Origin: Candidatus Aenigmatarchaeota archaeon
GTDB taxonomy: Archaea > Aenigmatarchaeota > Aenigmatarchaeia > GW2011-AR5
Reading direction: 5' to 3'
NCBI GenBank assembly: GCA_016198685.1
Contig: JACQID010000006.1
Span: 64,001 to 128,000, forward strand
DNA: 64,000 nt
Part shown: in pieces, positions 26,385-37,097 of the stretch
Position numbering within the stretch: position 1 is the first letter of the stretch
How the letters are laid out: every line of letters begins with the position of its first letter
The notes under the pieces: model-generated
Told to the model about the DNA's origin: nothing
The model's database searches: none
Seen by the model: the letters and a program-made list of their open reading frames with translations, nothing else
Made by a program: the position numbers and the translations under genes

Positions 26385-26540
26385 AGGAATATCCTTGCGC
26401 CGCCAGAGCTTTAAATCCCTGCCGAGGGGGTTTATCGCAGGACGATATTTGTACATCCTATGGAAATAATTCAGTCTTCGGTCCGAAGTATTTATATTTT
26501 GCAGGAAGAAGTGTATGAGTTACTTACGAGGAATCGATAA

Positions 26541-27497
26541 ATGACTGTCATGGTTACCGGAGGATGCGGTTTCATAGGTAGCCATGTCATTGATATGCTA
26601 ATTTCAAAGGGATACAATGTCGAAGTTATAGGGCTCAAGTGCGATTTGCAGAATCTTCAAGGTGATGCGAGCAAGGTCAAATTTCACCGTACAGACATTC
26701 AGGACAGAAAAGCTGTAATGAGTGCCATAGGAAAGGATACAGAAGCAATACTTCATCTTGCCGCCTTGATAAACGTTGATGAATCGATAGATACCCCCGA
26801 ACCTTTCTGGAACGTGAATGTCCTTGGCACGTTCAACATGCTTGAAGCGGCAAGGCAAAGAAACATTCCGAAGCTCGTATTCATGGGTACCTGCGAAGTT
26901 TACGGAAACATACCCAAGGGTAGGGCAGATGAGAATCATCCTACCAATCCGTTATCTCCTTATGCCGCCAGCAAGTTTGCAGCTGAACGTTATCTTCTAT
27001 CTTATGCGACAACTTACGGCGATCAGCCAAATATTGCCATGATACGCGGTTTCAATCAGTACGGTCCGAGGCAGAACTCCGGAGCGAGAGGCGCTGTCAT
27101 AGCCAAATTCATGAACTGGATGCTTGACGGAAAAAAGCTTCAGATAAACGGCGACGGGGCACAGACCCGTGATTATGTATACGTGAAGGACACTGTTCGT
27201 GCAGTGGTTGCGGCTATGGAAAAGAAGGTTCCAAGCGGCGAGATATTCAACGCGGCGAGCGAACGTGATATAAGCATCCGCGAGATTGCAGAAAAAATAT
27301 GCGAGATAACAGGCAGAGACTTTGACAAAAGCGTGCAATTCAATCTAGGAAGACCCGGGGAACTCATGAGAAGCATAGGGTCTTCCGACAAGGCAAGAAA
27401 GATGCTTGGCTGGTCTCCGTCGGTAAGCATTGATGAAGGTCTTCGCATGACGTATGACTGGTACAAGCAGAACCGCGGCAAGTATGCGACTCGATAA
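26541..27497 (+). CDS. NAD-dependent NDP-sugar epimerase/dehydratase (RmlB/GalE-like extended SDR)
   Basis: VTGGCGFIGSH, HLAA, PLSPYAASK, FNQYGPRQ, RDYVYVKD. Confidence 0.9.
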   Translation: MTVMVTGGCGFIGSHVIDMLISKGYNVEVIGLKCDLQNLQGDASKVKFHRTDIQDRKAVMSAIGKDTEAILHLAALINVDESIDTPEPFWNVNVLGTFNMLEAARQRNIPKLVFMGTCEVYGNIPKGRADENHPTNPLSPYAASKFAAERYLLSYATTYGDQPNIAMIRGFNQYGPRQNSGARGAVIAKFMNWMLDGKKLQINGDGAQTRDYVYVKDTVRAVVAAMEKKVPSGEIFNAASERDISIREIAEKICEITGRDFDKSVQFNLGRPGELMRSIGSSDKARKMLGWSPSVSIDEGLRMTYDWYKQNRGKYATR

Positions 27498-28157
27498 TTA
27501 CTTCTTGGATTCAAGAACGCTGTGCATTATAAGGGGCGTCCTGCCGATATCAAGCAGTTGATAATTCCTACCTTCATGGTATACGTGTCTTTCATTGATT
27601 ATTTTAGGGATATACTCAGGCTTTATGAAAACTATCGCAGTGTGTTCCCACGCATCTGTGTTCGGATAGCCGGCAGTGCGTATTGCCCGGCGCGCCTCGG
27701 CTTCAGGTGCGCCTTTGAGTTTTTCTCTTTGGTAAACATCGAATGCTTCCCTATGCAACTCCTGTACCTGCGCAGAGCTTCTGCCGGCGTTGGCGTGGAA
27801 AACAAAATTCACGCCTTTTGTTAATTCAGGATCTGTCTGCCAGCCGTAGAGCAAAACATTGTCCAATTCATCGCTTCTGATACCCAGTTCTTCGATCATT
27901 TCCTGCCACAAGCCATCGTAAAGAGGACTATCGGTATAGGGGATCGCTCCTGCCGGAGCTATGCAAGCGGCATCTCGCATGACATTTCCGCCGCGAATGC
28001 CAAAGACATATTCCGCATCTGCTGTCAGCGTAAGGCATGAAATGGAAGCAGGGATTCCATTGGCGTTTCCTCTGCGTATGGCCTGCATACGATAACTTGT
28101 TGCAGGCTCAAGCAGTATGGCTCCCGGGGTTATTTCAGAAGCGGGAACGCTTGACAT
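27498..28157 (-). CDS. NUDIX-fold hydrolase, NUDT22-like; 5' end possibly extended through a homopolymer frameshift
   Basis: TSYR, CLTLTAD.YVF..R, degenerate Nudix box PAGA...LWQEMIEELGI, SSAQV, EHTAIVF. Confidence 0.6.
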   Translation of the reverse strand: MSSVPASEITPGAILLEPATSYRMQAIRRGNANGIPASISCLTLTADAEYVFGIRGGNVMRDAACIAPAGAIPYTDSPLYDGLWQEMIEELGIRSDELDNVLLYGWQTDPELTKGVNFVFHANAGRSSAQVQELHREAFDVYQREKLKGAPEAEARRAIRTAGYPNTDAWEHTAIVFIKPEYIPKIINERHVYHEGRNYQLLDIGRTPLIMHSVLESKK

Positions 28158-28409
28158 GGCAACAACCTCTTTCCAATCCGGAAGGTAGATAGAATCAGAA
28201 TATTTTTCGTACTCTTCGAGAAGAAGCGAATGCGGGCTTTCAAGAGTTTTTTTTAATCGCCCTGACGTGCCCCTCGTTTAACGGCTCGTCGAGAAGACAT
28301 ATTTCCTGCTCCTTTCCGGAAAGGGTCGTTTGGGTCATGCGCATTTGATTGCATTGAAGTTTTGTATATTTAAAGCTTCATGTTTTTGTTACCTATAAAT
28401 AGCGACATT

Positions 28410-29471
28410 TTACTTCTTGAGAAGCTCATTATAGAGGTCTTCGTACCTCTTTGCAAGCACGCGCCAATCGAAGCGTTTCATTGCATATTTCCTGCATTCT
28501 GCAGACATTCTTTTCACTATCGTGCGGTTTTTCTCGAGCTTAGCTATGATTTTGGCGGCGGTTTTAGGATTCCTGTCGGTGAAGAAGCCGACTTTTTCGT
28601 TTATCACATCGATTATGCCGCCTACTTTTGTTGCTATAAGCGGAAGGCCGCAGCTTAACGCCTCAAGCAATGTCCCCGGCATGCCTTCGGACTTAGATGT
28701 TGTTATGAATACGTCAGCAGCAGAATAGTAATTTTTCGCTTCCTCGTTCGGCAGCCTGCCCAGCTTAATGACGTTCTTGGCTTCCATGCTGCATAGAGGC
28801 TCTATTTCGCTTATGCCTATGAGAATGAAAATTACGGTTTTCGGAGACGCTGCAATGACATCACGGAGCATTTGCGGGTCTTTTATTGCGTCAGGCCTTG
28901 ACATGGCAAGCACTGCAAGCTTATTGCCTATGCCAAGTTTTTTTCGCAGGTCGCGCCTGACAGATTCCTTCCTCTGGAAAATTTCAGTATCGACACCATT
29001 GGGAATGATATCGATATCCTCTACGCCCAAATGACTATAGATGCCGTGAGATACAGAGGCAAGTGCCACGCTTTTGTCGGCCAGTGCTCCTGTTCTCCAC
29101 TCCTTGTCAAGGACGCCGCCGAAGGTATACACGCTTTTGGCGCCCCTGGTTTTCGCTGCGAGAAACGGCAGGAAAGAGTCCACGTAAAAGAAGCCATGAA
29201 CTATGTCATATTTGCGGGTAACTATTCGGGCGGCCGCGAACATGGAAAAGGTTAACATCATCGAGAGATATTTCAAATGGCGTATGGGCATAGGGATGTA
29301 AGGCAGCCTGATCACATTCACGCTGTCCTTGAAGCGGATGTTGCCCTCATTCGTATATATGTCGATTACATGGCCGGCCTCGGCAAGTTTATATGCAAGG
29401 CTCTTCGCGAGGGTCTCAGAGCCGCCTTCCCTTACGCCGGCCAAAAAATGTATCATTGCTATTCTCATCAT
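28410..29471 (-). CDS. GT4 glycosyltransferase
   Basis: GGSE, IIPNGVD, TSKSEGMPGTLLEALSCGLP. Confidence 0.92.
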   Translation of the reverse strand: MMRIAMIHFLAGVREGGSETLAKSLAYKLAEAGHVIDIYTNEGNIRFKDSVNVIRLPYIPMPIRHLKYLSMMLTFSMFAAARIVTRKYDIVHGFFYVDSFLPFLAAKTRGAKSVYTFGGVLDKEWRTGALADKSVALASVSHGIYSHLGVEDIDIIPNGVDTEIFQRKESVRRDLRKKLGIGNKLAVLAMSRPDAIKDPQMLRDVIAASPKTVIFILIGISEIEPLCSMEAKNVIKLGRLPNEEAKNYYSAADVFITTSKSEGMPGTLLEALSCGLPLIATKVGGIIDVINEKVGFFTDRNPKTAAKIIAKLEKNRTIVKRMSAECRKYAMKRFDWRVLAKRYEDLYNELLKK

Positions 29472-29473
29472 GT

Positions 29474-30331
29474 TCACCAGTTGACTGGACGGAGTTTTTT
29501 CATGGCTTCAGTTGCGGTCATGCTGACGAATTCATGTTCGCTCATGTACCTGACAAATTTTCTCCACCATGTCAGCATCTTGGGATTTATGTCGAATTCC
29601 CAGTGATGATTCGTCATTATGAAAAGGCTTGATTTATCGAACTTCTCGCAGGCATAACGGAAGCTCTCTTCGAGATCCCAGAAAGGGGAGAATAAATACG
29701 GCTCCATGCAGCCGAGCTCCTTTGCGGATCTGTATTTCACAAGGCCGTTATAACCGTAGAAAAATTCCTTCCTCGCATGCCTTAATCCGTATTGCGATAC
29801 CGGCACTGTATAGACGATGTCCTTGAGAGGTCTTATGATATTTCTGAATAGCTGCATTCCGTTGTCATTGACAACCTGCCATCCGGCTTTAGAAAGCCTT
29901 TCATGCGGCGGAACAAACGTATTGATTCTTTTGCCTATCGCACTTTCCACTGTTTTTCTGCCCTCATGAAGAAGGGATCTTATGCGGGCCTTGTCTGCAG
30001 ACGCAAAATCGGAAAGAGAATGCGAATAACCGTGCAGGCATGTTTCGACGCTTTTAGTTGAAGATAACCACTTCGCCACTGCGGCGTTTTTTCCAAAAGA
30101 ATGGAAACCGGTGTTCACTCTATCTTTGGGTATGAACGGTTCGTGAATATAGCCTCTTCGGACGAACGGATTGTTAGTGCCTTTTATCTGTACGGACGTG
30201 TCCATGTTCGGTATGACTGAGAGAGAAAGTTTAAAGCCCGCGTCGAAAAACCTGGTATTGTAGACTTTCTTCAGCGTTTCAAGAGGCGTGAAGGCATGGA
30301 CATCATCGTCCCTTATTATGATAGTTTTCAT
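29474..30331 (-). CDS. DUF2334/polysaccharide deacetylase-like protein
   Basis: IIIRDDD, LSVIP, LHGYSH, FVPPHE, NHHWEF; divergent TATA pair at 30353-30390. Confidence 0.75.
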   Translation of the reverse strand: MKTIIIRDDDVHAFTPLETLKKVYNTRFFDAGFKLSLSVIPNMDTSVQIKGTNNPFVRRGYIHEPFIPKDRVNTGFHSFGKNAAVAKWLSSTKSVETCLHGYSHSLSDFASADKARIRSLLHEGRKTVESAIGKRINTFVPPHERLSKAGWQVVNDNGMQLFRNIIRPLKDIVYTVPVSQYGLRHARKEFFYGYNGLVKYRSAKELGCMEPYLFSPFWDLEESFRYACEKFDKSSLFIMTNHHWEFDINPKMLTWWRKFVRYMSEHEFVSMTATEAMKKLRPVNW

Positions 30332-30411
30332 CAATAACCTTTTCCCGGCTAGTTTTAAAGCGTTCAAGAAGGAGCGCCAACGCTTTTAAGGCATGCGGTT
30401 ATTTACATAAG

Positions 30412-31326
30412 ATGAACATTTTGATAACAGGCGGCAACGGGTTCATCGGAAGTCATTTAGCCGAAAAACTCATGGAAGAAGGGGACGATGTGGTCCTTTT
30501 TGATAATGTATTCAACGACAATAGCAAAGGAATCAAGTGCAGGAAGATAAAGGCCGACATACGTGACTATGACGCGGTCAAGAGCGCAGTCAATGGGATG
30601 GATGCCGTTATACATTTTGCAGCTGTATCGCGCGTGGCATGGGGCCAGGAACGGCCCCGGGAATGCATAGAGACAAATTCCGTGGGCACGGCAAATATTT
30701 TGGAAGCGGTGCGCGAAACCGGAAACACGGCTTATACTTTTCTTGGGTCAAGCAGGGAAGTTTACGGCGAGCCGGAGTCCTTGCCTGTCAATGAAACGCA
30801 ACCCAAGAGTCCTATTTCGATATACGGAATTTCAAAGCTCAGTGGCGAGAAACTCGCGCTTTCCTACAGGAAATACTTTAACACAAAAATAATCATTTTC
30901 AGGTTTTCCAATGTTTATGGTTCGCACCGTGATCTGCCGGAAAGAGTCGTGCCTAATTTTGTGATAAATGCCATCAAAGATAATCCCCTGAAAATAAACG
31001 GAGGTTCTCAGGTGCTAGACTTCACGTTTCTTGGAGATACTATTGACGGCATAATTAAGGCCCTTAGGGCGAAGGAAAGAATAGAAGGCAGCGATTTTCA
31101 TTTTGTGACGGGCCGGGGCACGAGCGTGAAAGAGCTTGCCGATATTGTTCTTGAAATTTCGGGTTCTTCCTCGACGCTTGAGATAAAATCCGACAAGTCG
31201 TTTGACGTTCGCAAGTTTGTAGGAGATTATTCGAAAGCGAAATCAATTCTTGGATGGTCCCCTAAAACATCTCTGGAGGAAGGAATAAAGAAGACTATTG
31301 AGGCTTATAGCAGACTTGGACAATAG
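30412..31326 (+). CDS. NAD-dependent NDP-sugar epimerase/dehydratase
   Basis: ITGGNGFIGSH, SSREVYG, YGISK, FSNVYG. Confidence 0.9.
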   Translation: MNILITGGNGFIGSHLAEKLMEEGDDVVLFDNVFNDNSKGIKCRKIKADIRDYDAVKSAVNGMDAVIHFAAVSRVAWGQERPRECIETNSVGTANILEAVRETGNTAYTFLGSSREVYGEPESLPVNETQPKSPISIYGISKLSGEKLALSYRKYFNTKIIIFRFSNVYGSHRDLPERVVPNFVINAIKDNPLKINGGSQVLDFTFLGDTIDGIIKALRAKERIEGSDFHFVTGRGTSVKELADIVLEISGSSSTLEIKSDKSFDVRKFVGDYSKAKSILGWSPKTSLEEGIKKTIEAYSRLGQ

Positions 31327-31385
31327 CAGAACGTTTCAACTCGACCGCCTGTACCGCACATCCGGCATAAAATGCCGCATGCCAA

Positions 31386-32468
31386 TTATATCTTATTATT
31401 CAAAAAATACATGACATCCTCGGCAACTTTTCGCACTTCCTCTTCTCTCAGTTCAGGAAACATAGGCAACGACAGGATATCTTTCGCATTTCTTTCTGCC
31501 TTGGGATAATTTCCCGGCAGTGAAAATGCCTTCTGCATATGTATAGGCACAGGGTAGTGTATTCCGGTGCCTATGCCCCTTTCCTTAAGATATGCCATGA
31601 GTGCGTCTCGTTGCTTTATGCGAATTACATAAAGATGATAGGCGTGTTTTCTCCCCGTTTTTTCTTCAGGAATAATCACGCCTGATAGAAGTTCATTGTA
31701 TAACTTTGCGATATGCCGTCTAGCCTTTATCCATGATTCAAGGCGCTTGAGTTTGACGCGCAATATCGCCGCCTGAATTTCATCCAGCCGGCTGTTGTAT
31801 CCGAAGAACAAGCTGTCATAAGTCTTCTTTTGACCGTAAAAGCGGAGCATTCTTAGTTTTTCTGCAAGCTCGTCGTCATCCGTGACAATTGCGCCTCCGT
31901 CCCCATATGCGCCGAGATTCTTAGTCGGATAAAATGAAAAGCATCCTATGCCGGAAAATCCCACTTTTTTGCCGGAATATTCTGCTCCGTGGGCCTGAGC
32001 GCAATCTTCTATTATTTTCAGGCTGTGTTTGTTTGCTATGCTGCGTATCTCTTTCATGTCGCACGGTTGGCCGTAAAGATGGACTGGTATTATGGCCTTT
32101 GTCTTGCGTGTTATCTTTTGCTCAATGAGAGCGGTATCTATATTGTAATGACTATCGCAGTCAGCAAGTATTGGGGTAGCCCCGACACTCATTATTGCCA
32201 TGACCGTAGGAGATGCAGTGTTCGCAACAGTAATCACTTCGTCTCCCGGGCCTATGTCGAGAGCCCGGAGCGATAGGATAAGCGCGTCTGTACCCGATGC
32301 AACGCCAATGCAATGCTTGTTGCCGTTGTAGGCGGCGAATTCTTTCTCGAAAGCAACGACATTCTCTCCCAGGACGAAAACGCCGTTCTCAAGCACGGAG
32401 AATACAGCGCTATCTATTTCATTTTTGATGGTAGCGTACTGCCTTTTCAGGTCAAACACAGGTATCAT
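31386..32468 (-). CDS. DegT/DnrJ/EryC1/StrS PLP aminotransferase (FdtB/QdtB-like sugar 3-aminotransferase)
   Basis: [24 protein letters not shown] (catalytic Lys present), [11 protein letters not shown]; adjacent to an FdtA-type cupin. Confidence 0.92.
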   Translation of the reverse strand: MIPVFDLKRQYATIKNEIDSAVFSVLENGVFVLGENVVAFEKEFAAYNGNKHCIGVASGTDALILSLRALDIGPGDEVITVANTASPTVMAIMSVGATPILADCDSHYNIDTALIEQKITRKTKAIIPVHLYGQPCDMKEIRSIANKHSLKIIEDCAQAHGAEYSGKKVGFSGIGCFSFYPTKNLGAYGDGGAIVTDDDELAEKLRMLRFYGQKKTYDSLFFGYNSRLDEIQAAILRVKLKRLESWIKARRHIAKLYNELLSGVIIPEEKTGRKHAYHLYVIRIKQRDALMAYLKERGIGTGIHYPVPIHMQKAFSLPGNYPKAERNAKDILSLPMFPELREEEVRKVAEDVMYFLNNKI

Positions 32469-32860
32469 TATTTTCCGCCTCTGAACGAATCATAATCCTT
32501 AAGATAATCATCGGCATTATAATGCTCTGAGCACAGAACCATTATCACAGCGCCTTGCGAAATGTTTTGCATCTCGACCCAGATGCGTTGTGGAACGTAA
32601 AGCCCCTTCGCCGGACCATTAAAACTATGCACTGCCTTAACACTGCCATCATCGGTGATTATATCGGCGTTGCCCTGCAGGACTATAAACATCTGCTCGC
32701 ACTTCTTGTGGGCATGGCCTCCCCTTTTCGCCCCGCGAGGAACTCCGTATATGTAGAATATTCTTTTCACATCAAAAGGTATATCTTTTCCAGCTTCTAC
32801 AAATCCAAGACTCCCGCGAGCATCAGTTACTTCAGGGAGTTGTATAATTTTTACGCTCAC
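32468..32860 (-). CDS. FdtA/QdtA-type dTDP-4-keto-6-deoxyglucose 3,4-ketoisomerase (cupin)
   Basis: [40 protein letters not shown]. Confidence 0.92.
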   Translation of the reverse strand: MSVKIIQLPEVTDARGSLGFVEAGKDIPFDVKRIFYIYGVPRGAKRGGHAHKKCEQMFIVLQGNADIITDDGSVKAVHSFNGPAKGLYVPQRIWVEMQNISQGAVIMVLCSEHYNADDYLKDYDSFRGGK

Positions 32861-33834
32861 TCAAACCACCATCTGTTTTGTCTGCACCACGCAATCATTT
32901 CCCTAATGCCTTCCTCAAGAGAAGTCGTTGCTTCCCAGCCGAGCATGGCCTTCGCCTTGCCTGCGTCAGGCACACGCCTGGGAATGTCTTCATAGATGCT
33001 TCCATAAAGCTTTCTCGTATCAACATACTCTACGCCAAGATCTTCCCGGCCCGCGGCCTTGAGCATCAGTTGAGCCGTCTCATTGAGAGTTCGCTCTTTC
33101 ATGCTGCCGATATTGAACGCATGTCCTTCTGCTTTCTTGGATTCCGCTGCGAGCAAAGTTCCTTCAATGGCGTCCTTTACATATGTGAAACAGCGTGTCG
33201 GAGTTCCTCCGTCATATATGAGAGGTCTTTCATTTCGCAATATCCTGCGCAGACATGCGGGTATCATGAATATCGGCGCCTGCCTTGGGCCGTAGACGTT
33301 AAAATAGCGGACTATTGTCACAGGCAATCCATGCATGCGGTTCAATGCAAATAGCATATGCTCACTCATGCTCTTGCTGGTGCTGTATGTCCACCTGTCA
33401 ACTTTGGTGCTGCCTACCACACGGTCATCGTCCTCTTTCCACGGCACTTTTGGATTCTTTCCAAACACTTCACTCGTACTCGTGTATATGACCTTCGTTC
33501 CATGCTTCATTGCAGCTTCAGCCACGTTTTTTGTGCCCAATATATTGACGCTTACAGTGCCTAAAGGATCCTCACAGTAATTTTTCACCCCGACTACAGC
33601 GGCAAGATGGTAGACGACATCAATATCCTCTGTTATAACATCCTTCATGCCATTGCCTGTTATGTCTCCTTTGACAAAATGGAATCTTTCGTTTGTCTTC
33701 AGATGCTGTATATTCCGCAATTTTTCCAGTTCTGCGTTGTCAAAAACCGTTACCTCATGGCCTCTTTGCAGAAGCTCTTCAGTCAAATGACTGCCTATGA
33801 AACCGCCCCCTCCGGTGATTACAAGATTAGCCAT
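32857..33834 (-). CDS. Extended SDR, NDP-hexuronate decarboxylase/epimerase-like
   Basis: ITGGGGFIGSH, STSEVFG, RWTYSTSK, FNVYGPRQ, RRVPD; next to a nucleotide-sugar dehydrogenase. Confidence 0.8.
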   Translation of the reverse strand: MANLVITGGGGFIGSHLTEELLQRGHEVTVFDNAELEKLRNIQHLKTNERFHFVKGDITGNGMKDVITEDIDVVYHLAAVVGVKNYCEDPLGTVSVNILGTKNVAEAAMKHGTKVIYTSTSEVFGKNPKVPWKEDDDRVVGSTKVDRWTYSTSKSMSEHMLFALNRMHGLPVTIVRYFNVYGPRQAPIFMIPACLRRILRNERPLIYDGGTPTRCFTYVKDAIEGTLLAAESKKAEGHAFNIGSMKERTLNETAQLMLKAAGREDLGVEYVDTRKLYGSIYEDIPRRVPDAGKAKAMLGWEATTSLEEGIREMIAWCRQNRWWFE

Positions 33835-35218
33835 GTATCCTGCCTCCTTGAGGTTTGCCTATTCCTGCATATCCGAACCCATTCTCCGCCGCCTTGACCG
33901 GGCCAAATATAATTCTCCCCTCCACAATCGAACAGCCTTCAGCTGCAATGCCGTGCAGTTTTTTGAGATCGAGCGACTTGAATTGAGGATGATCGGCGCC
34001 TATCAATATACAGTCCGCATTTTCTATTGCGCTTTCGGGGGTTTTTGCGACATTCCCTGCAATCATCCGGGCATCGTTTTCAGTAACCCAAGGGTCATAT
34101 GCAGTCACGATACAATTTTCAGCCTCCAGCAGTTTCACTATTTCTTTCATCGGCGTATTGCGCACGTCTCCAGTCCCGCCCTTGAAAGCGAGACCGAGAA
34201 CTGCGATTCTGCTGCCTTTGATTTTTTTGTTCGCATATGCAAGGCAGCTTTTGACAAGATCTACGGTATGGGCAGGCATGGCTTCATTTACTTCCCGTGA
34301 CGTCTTCGGAGTCTTGAGATTCAGCCCTGCCTTTTTGCCAAGATGATACACAAACCATGGGTCTTTAGTAAGGCAGCTGCCGCCAACGCCGCATCCCGGA
34401 TATAATATATTGACCATGCTCCTGCCTTTGGGCAGGCTATTTGCCGCGTCTATTACTTCTGAGGCATCCAGCCCCATCCTTTCGCATAGCATTGCAAGCT
34501 CATTGGCCAGTGCGATATTCGCGTCTATCCAGAGGTTATCGGCAAGCTTGGCCATCTCTGCGGCTTTTGCCGAAGAGACTTTTGTTGTGACAAACCCGTT
34601 TGACCGCCAGAATGATTCGGCTTTCTTGCCGCTTTCTGCGTCTATGCCGCCTATAATTATAGGAAGCTTTTTCAGGTCTTGGATTGCAGACCCTTCAGCC
34701 AGGCGCTCCGGGCAAAACGCAAGTCCGAAGTCCTTTCCTGCCTTGAGATTGGATTTCTTTTCTAACATTATCTTGACAAGCTCTTCGGTCGTGCCGGGAG
34801 TAACAGTGCTTTTGAGTATGATCATAGCGCCTTTTCCGACCAACGAACCTAATTTTTCAGAAACTTCATTTATGTATTCAAGGTTAGGCTCGTAATTTTT
34901 GCCTAGCGGAGTGCCGACAGTCACAAGAATTACATCGGCATCGGCGACTTCCGATATTTGTGCCGTAGCCCGTATGTTTCCTTTCTTAAGGGCATCCGAG
35001 ATGAGTCCTTCGACTTCAGGCTCGTTTATCGGCGACTTTCCGTTATTTACAGCGTTTATTATTGCAGGATTGACATCAATTGCAATCACCTTGTTATTTC
35101 TGGCAAGTAGAGAGCCGATGCTGGCGCCCACATAGCCAAAGCCTATGACAGCAACTACCGTCTTCCCCGTTTTTGTCTGTTCCATTATCTGTTCTTCATC
35201 GAGAGAAAATATTTTCAT
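33827..35218 (-). CDS. Nucleotide-sugar 6-dehydrogenase (WecC/WbpA-like)
   Basis: GFGYVG, TVGTP, KSTVTPGTT, CPERLAEG, GVGGSCLTKD, GLAFK..DVR. Confidence 0.92.
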   Translation of the reverse strand: MKIFSLDEEQIMEQTKTGKTVVAVIGFGYVGASIGSLLARNNKVIAIDVNPAIINAVNNGKSPINEPEVEGLISDALKKGNIRATAQISEVADADVILVTVGTPLGKNYEPNLEYINEVSEKLGSLVGKGAMIILKSTVTPGTTEELVKIMLEKKSNLKAGKDFGLAFCPERLAEGSAIQDLKKLPIIIGGIDAESGKKAESFWRSNGFVTTKVSSAKAAEMAKLADNLWIDANIALANELAMLCERMGLDASEVIDAANSLPKGRSMVNILYPGCGVGGSCLTKDPWFVYHLGKKAGLNLKTPKTSREVNEAMPAHTVDLVKSCLAYANKKIKGSRIAVLGLAFKGGTGDVRNTPMKEIVKLLEAENCIVTAYDPWVTENDARMIAGNVAKTPESAIENADCILIGADHPQFKSLDLKKLHGIAAEGCSIVEGRIIFGPVKAAENGFGYAGIGKPQGGRIHG

Positions 35219-35226
35219 TATATCAC

Positions 35227-36288
35227 CTAAACGCTTATGTCAGAATCTTCCCCTATCATGAGCCTCATCGTATCCCCGTTCCTTATTTTCGAATTCTTCC
35301 CCAAAAGGCTGCCTGATATTTTTTTAGCTCCTATGTCAATGAAGCAACCTGACATGAGTATGGAAGATTCCACAGTTCCGCTGATTATTTCGGATAAATC
35401 ACCGATTGATGTGTAAGGTCCGATGGAAGCGTTTGCTATAGTGCAATTGTCTCCTATTTTGACAGGCCCTATTATCTTCGCCCCCTTCCTCACTACTGTT
35501 CCTTTCCCGATTTCAACCGCGCCGTGAATAGACGCGCCTTCTTCGACGGTTCCTGCATTATATGGTTTAAGCGCCGAAAGTATCATTTCATTGGCATGAA
35601 GGACATCTTCGCCTGTTCCTGCGTCATCCCACCATCCGCTTATCGTATGGTGCAGTACTTTTCTGCCGGACGATAGCAAGCCCTGTATGGCGTGCGTTAT
35701 TTCAAGCTCATTTCTCGCCGAAGGCGACAAGACATCTATTTGCCTCATAATAGATGGCCGGAATATGTACACGCCTACAATCACCGTATCGCTTTTGGGT
35801 TTGACAGGTTTCTCTTCTACGCTTACTATGTTATTATCCTTTATCTCGGCAACCCCGAATCTTTCCGGCGTCCTAGACTTTGCAAGGAGAAGGCTCGCAT
35901 CGGCGTCTGACGCAAAAAACTCCTTCACGAATTTCCCTATGCCGCCGCTAATGATATTATCTCCAAGATACATTACAAAAGAGTCCTGTCCGAGGAAATC
36001 GCGTGCCGTCCATACCGCGTGAGCGAGGCCTCTCGGCGCATCCTGCTCTATATAAGTTATTTTTGCGTTCCATTTACTTCCGTCTCCGCACGCGTCTTTG
36101 ATAGCGTTTATTCTCTCGGCGGAATAGCCAACTATTATGCCTATTTCTATTACTCCGGAAGCTACAAGATCCTCTATCGCATAATGAATGACAGGCTTGT
36201 TGGCTATAGGGATTAACTGCTTTGGGCCTGCATGGGTCAGAGGGCGGAGGCGTTTGCCCAACCCGCCGGCCAGAATGATGCCCTTCAT
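35227..36288 (-). CDS. Glucose-1-phosphate thymidylyltransferase, long form with C-terminal beta-helix
   Basis: ILAGGLGKRLRPLT..PKQLIP, GLAHA, YLGDN, EKP, SARNELEIT. Confidence 0.92.
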   Translation of the reverse strand: MKGIILAGGLGKRLRPLTHAGPKQLIPIANKPVIHYAIEDLVASGVIEIGIIVGYSAERINAIKDACGDGSKWNAKITYIEQDAPRGLAHAVWTARDFLGQDSFVMYLGDNIISGGIGKFVKEFFASDADASLLLAKSRTPERFGVAEIKDNNIVSVEEKPVKPKSDTVIVGVYIFRPSIMRQIDVLSPSARNELEITHAIQGLLSSGRKVLHHTISGWWDDAGTGEDVLHANEMILSALKPYNAGTVEEGASIHGAVEIGKGTVVRKGAKIIGPVKIGDNCTIANASIGPYTSIGDLSEIISGTVESSILMSGCFIDIGAKKISGSLLGKNSKIRNGDTMRLMIGEDSDISV

Positions 36289-37097
36289 TTCACCAGCCTC
36301 CTTGCGGCTTCTGCATCCTGCTTTGTATGGATGTTGACGAATTTTCCGGATAGTATTGCGCCGCCCAAAACGCCCTTTTTGCTGAGTTCAGGAAACAAAT
36401 CCTTGTGAAGCGAGAATTTCCTGTCGGGTATCATTGTAAATATTTCAGGCTCCGCAAAAGCTATCATCGTGGAAACAAGGGTAGTCTTCTCAACAGAGGG
36501 CGTATCCCAGTAATTTATAATGTCGTTCCCGTCCAATTCGACCACAGAACTGCGGTTGCCGTCATGCCTTATGCCTCCATAAATGGCAAGCGTGGCAGGA
36601 TAGCCGCTGCGCCTGTGGACATTTTCCAGTTTTCTTAAATCAAAATCAAAATAGTGGTCGCATGGAACGAAAAGGAATGTACCCCTCACTTTCGCGCTCG
36701 CGAGTTTCAAAGTATTCGCGCTATCGCCCCTTGCCTTTTCCTCGATATATGCAACAGAACATCCCAGCGACTCGCCGTTCGCCAGTATCCCGAAGCATCT
36801 TGTCACAACTTCTTTGGTGCCTATTATAATTATGTTTCTGTAGCTCTGGCCCACGACTTTTTCCACGATGCGCTGAATCAAGGTTCTGCCTCCTATGTCC
36901 ATGAAGGGCCTGTATTCGCCGTCCGTAATCAGATAATCGCCCCCGCCTGCAAGAATAACACAGTACCTGCCCGCATCCATGTATTCCTGAAGAATTGATT
37001 CTATGGCGCCTGATCGTGTGTCAGAGAGCGCTTCCGCGTATGCGTCCACGCTTTTTATCATCTTGTCCGGAAGGGAGAGCGAGATTCTTTTGCGCAT
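36285..37097 (-). CDS. Second RHH-degenerate nucleotidyltransferase fusion
   Basis: RKRISLSLPDKMIKSVD...TRSGAIESILQEY (RHH); CVILAGGGDYL (no TR), YRP instead of PKP, FVPCDHYFDFDL. The ORF track start is GTG 37106. Confidence 0.8.
   Translation of the reverse strand: MRKRISLSLPDKMIKSVDAYAEALSDTRSGAIESILQEYMDAGRYCVILAGGGDYLITDGEYRPFMDIGGRTLIQRIVEKVVGQSYRNIIIIGTKEVVTRCFGILANGESLGCSVAYIEEKARGDSANTLKLASAKVRGTFLFVPCDHYFDFDLRKLENVHRRSGYPATLAIYGGIRHDGNRSSVVELDGNDIINYWDTPSVEKTTLVSTMIAFAEPEIFTMIPDRKFSLHKDLFPELSKKGVLGGAILSGKFVNIHTKQDAEAARRLVK

Noticed and set aside
7302-31380. 13-mer CGGCATAAAATGC shared (inverted) between the tctA 3' end (7302-7314) and the 31363-31375 intergenic hairpin
   Set aside because: Only two copies, one partly coding; may be terminator-like but insufficient to call a repeat family.
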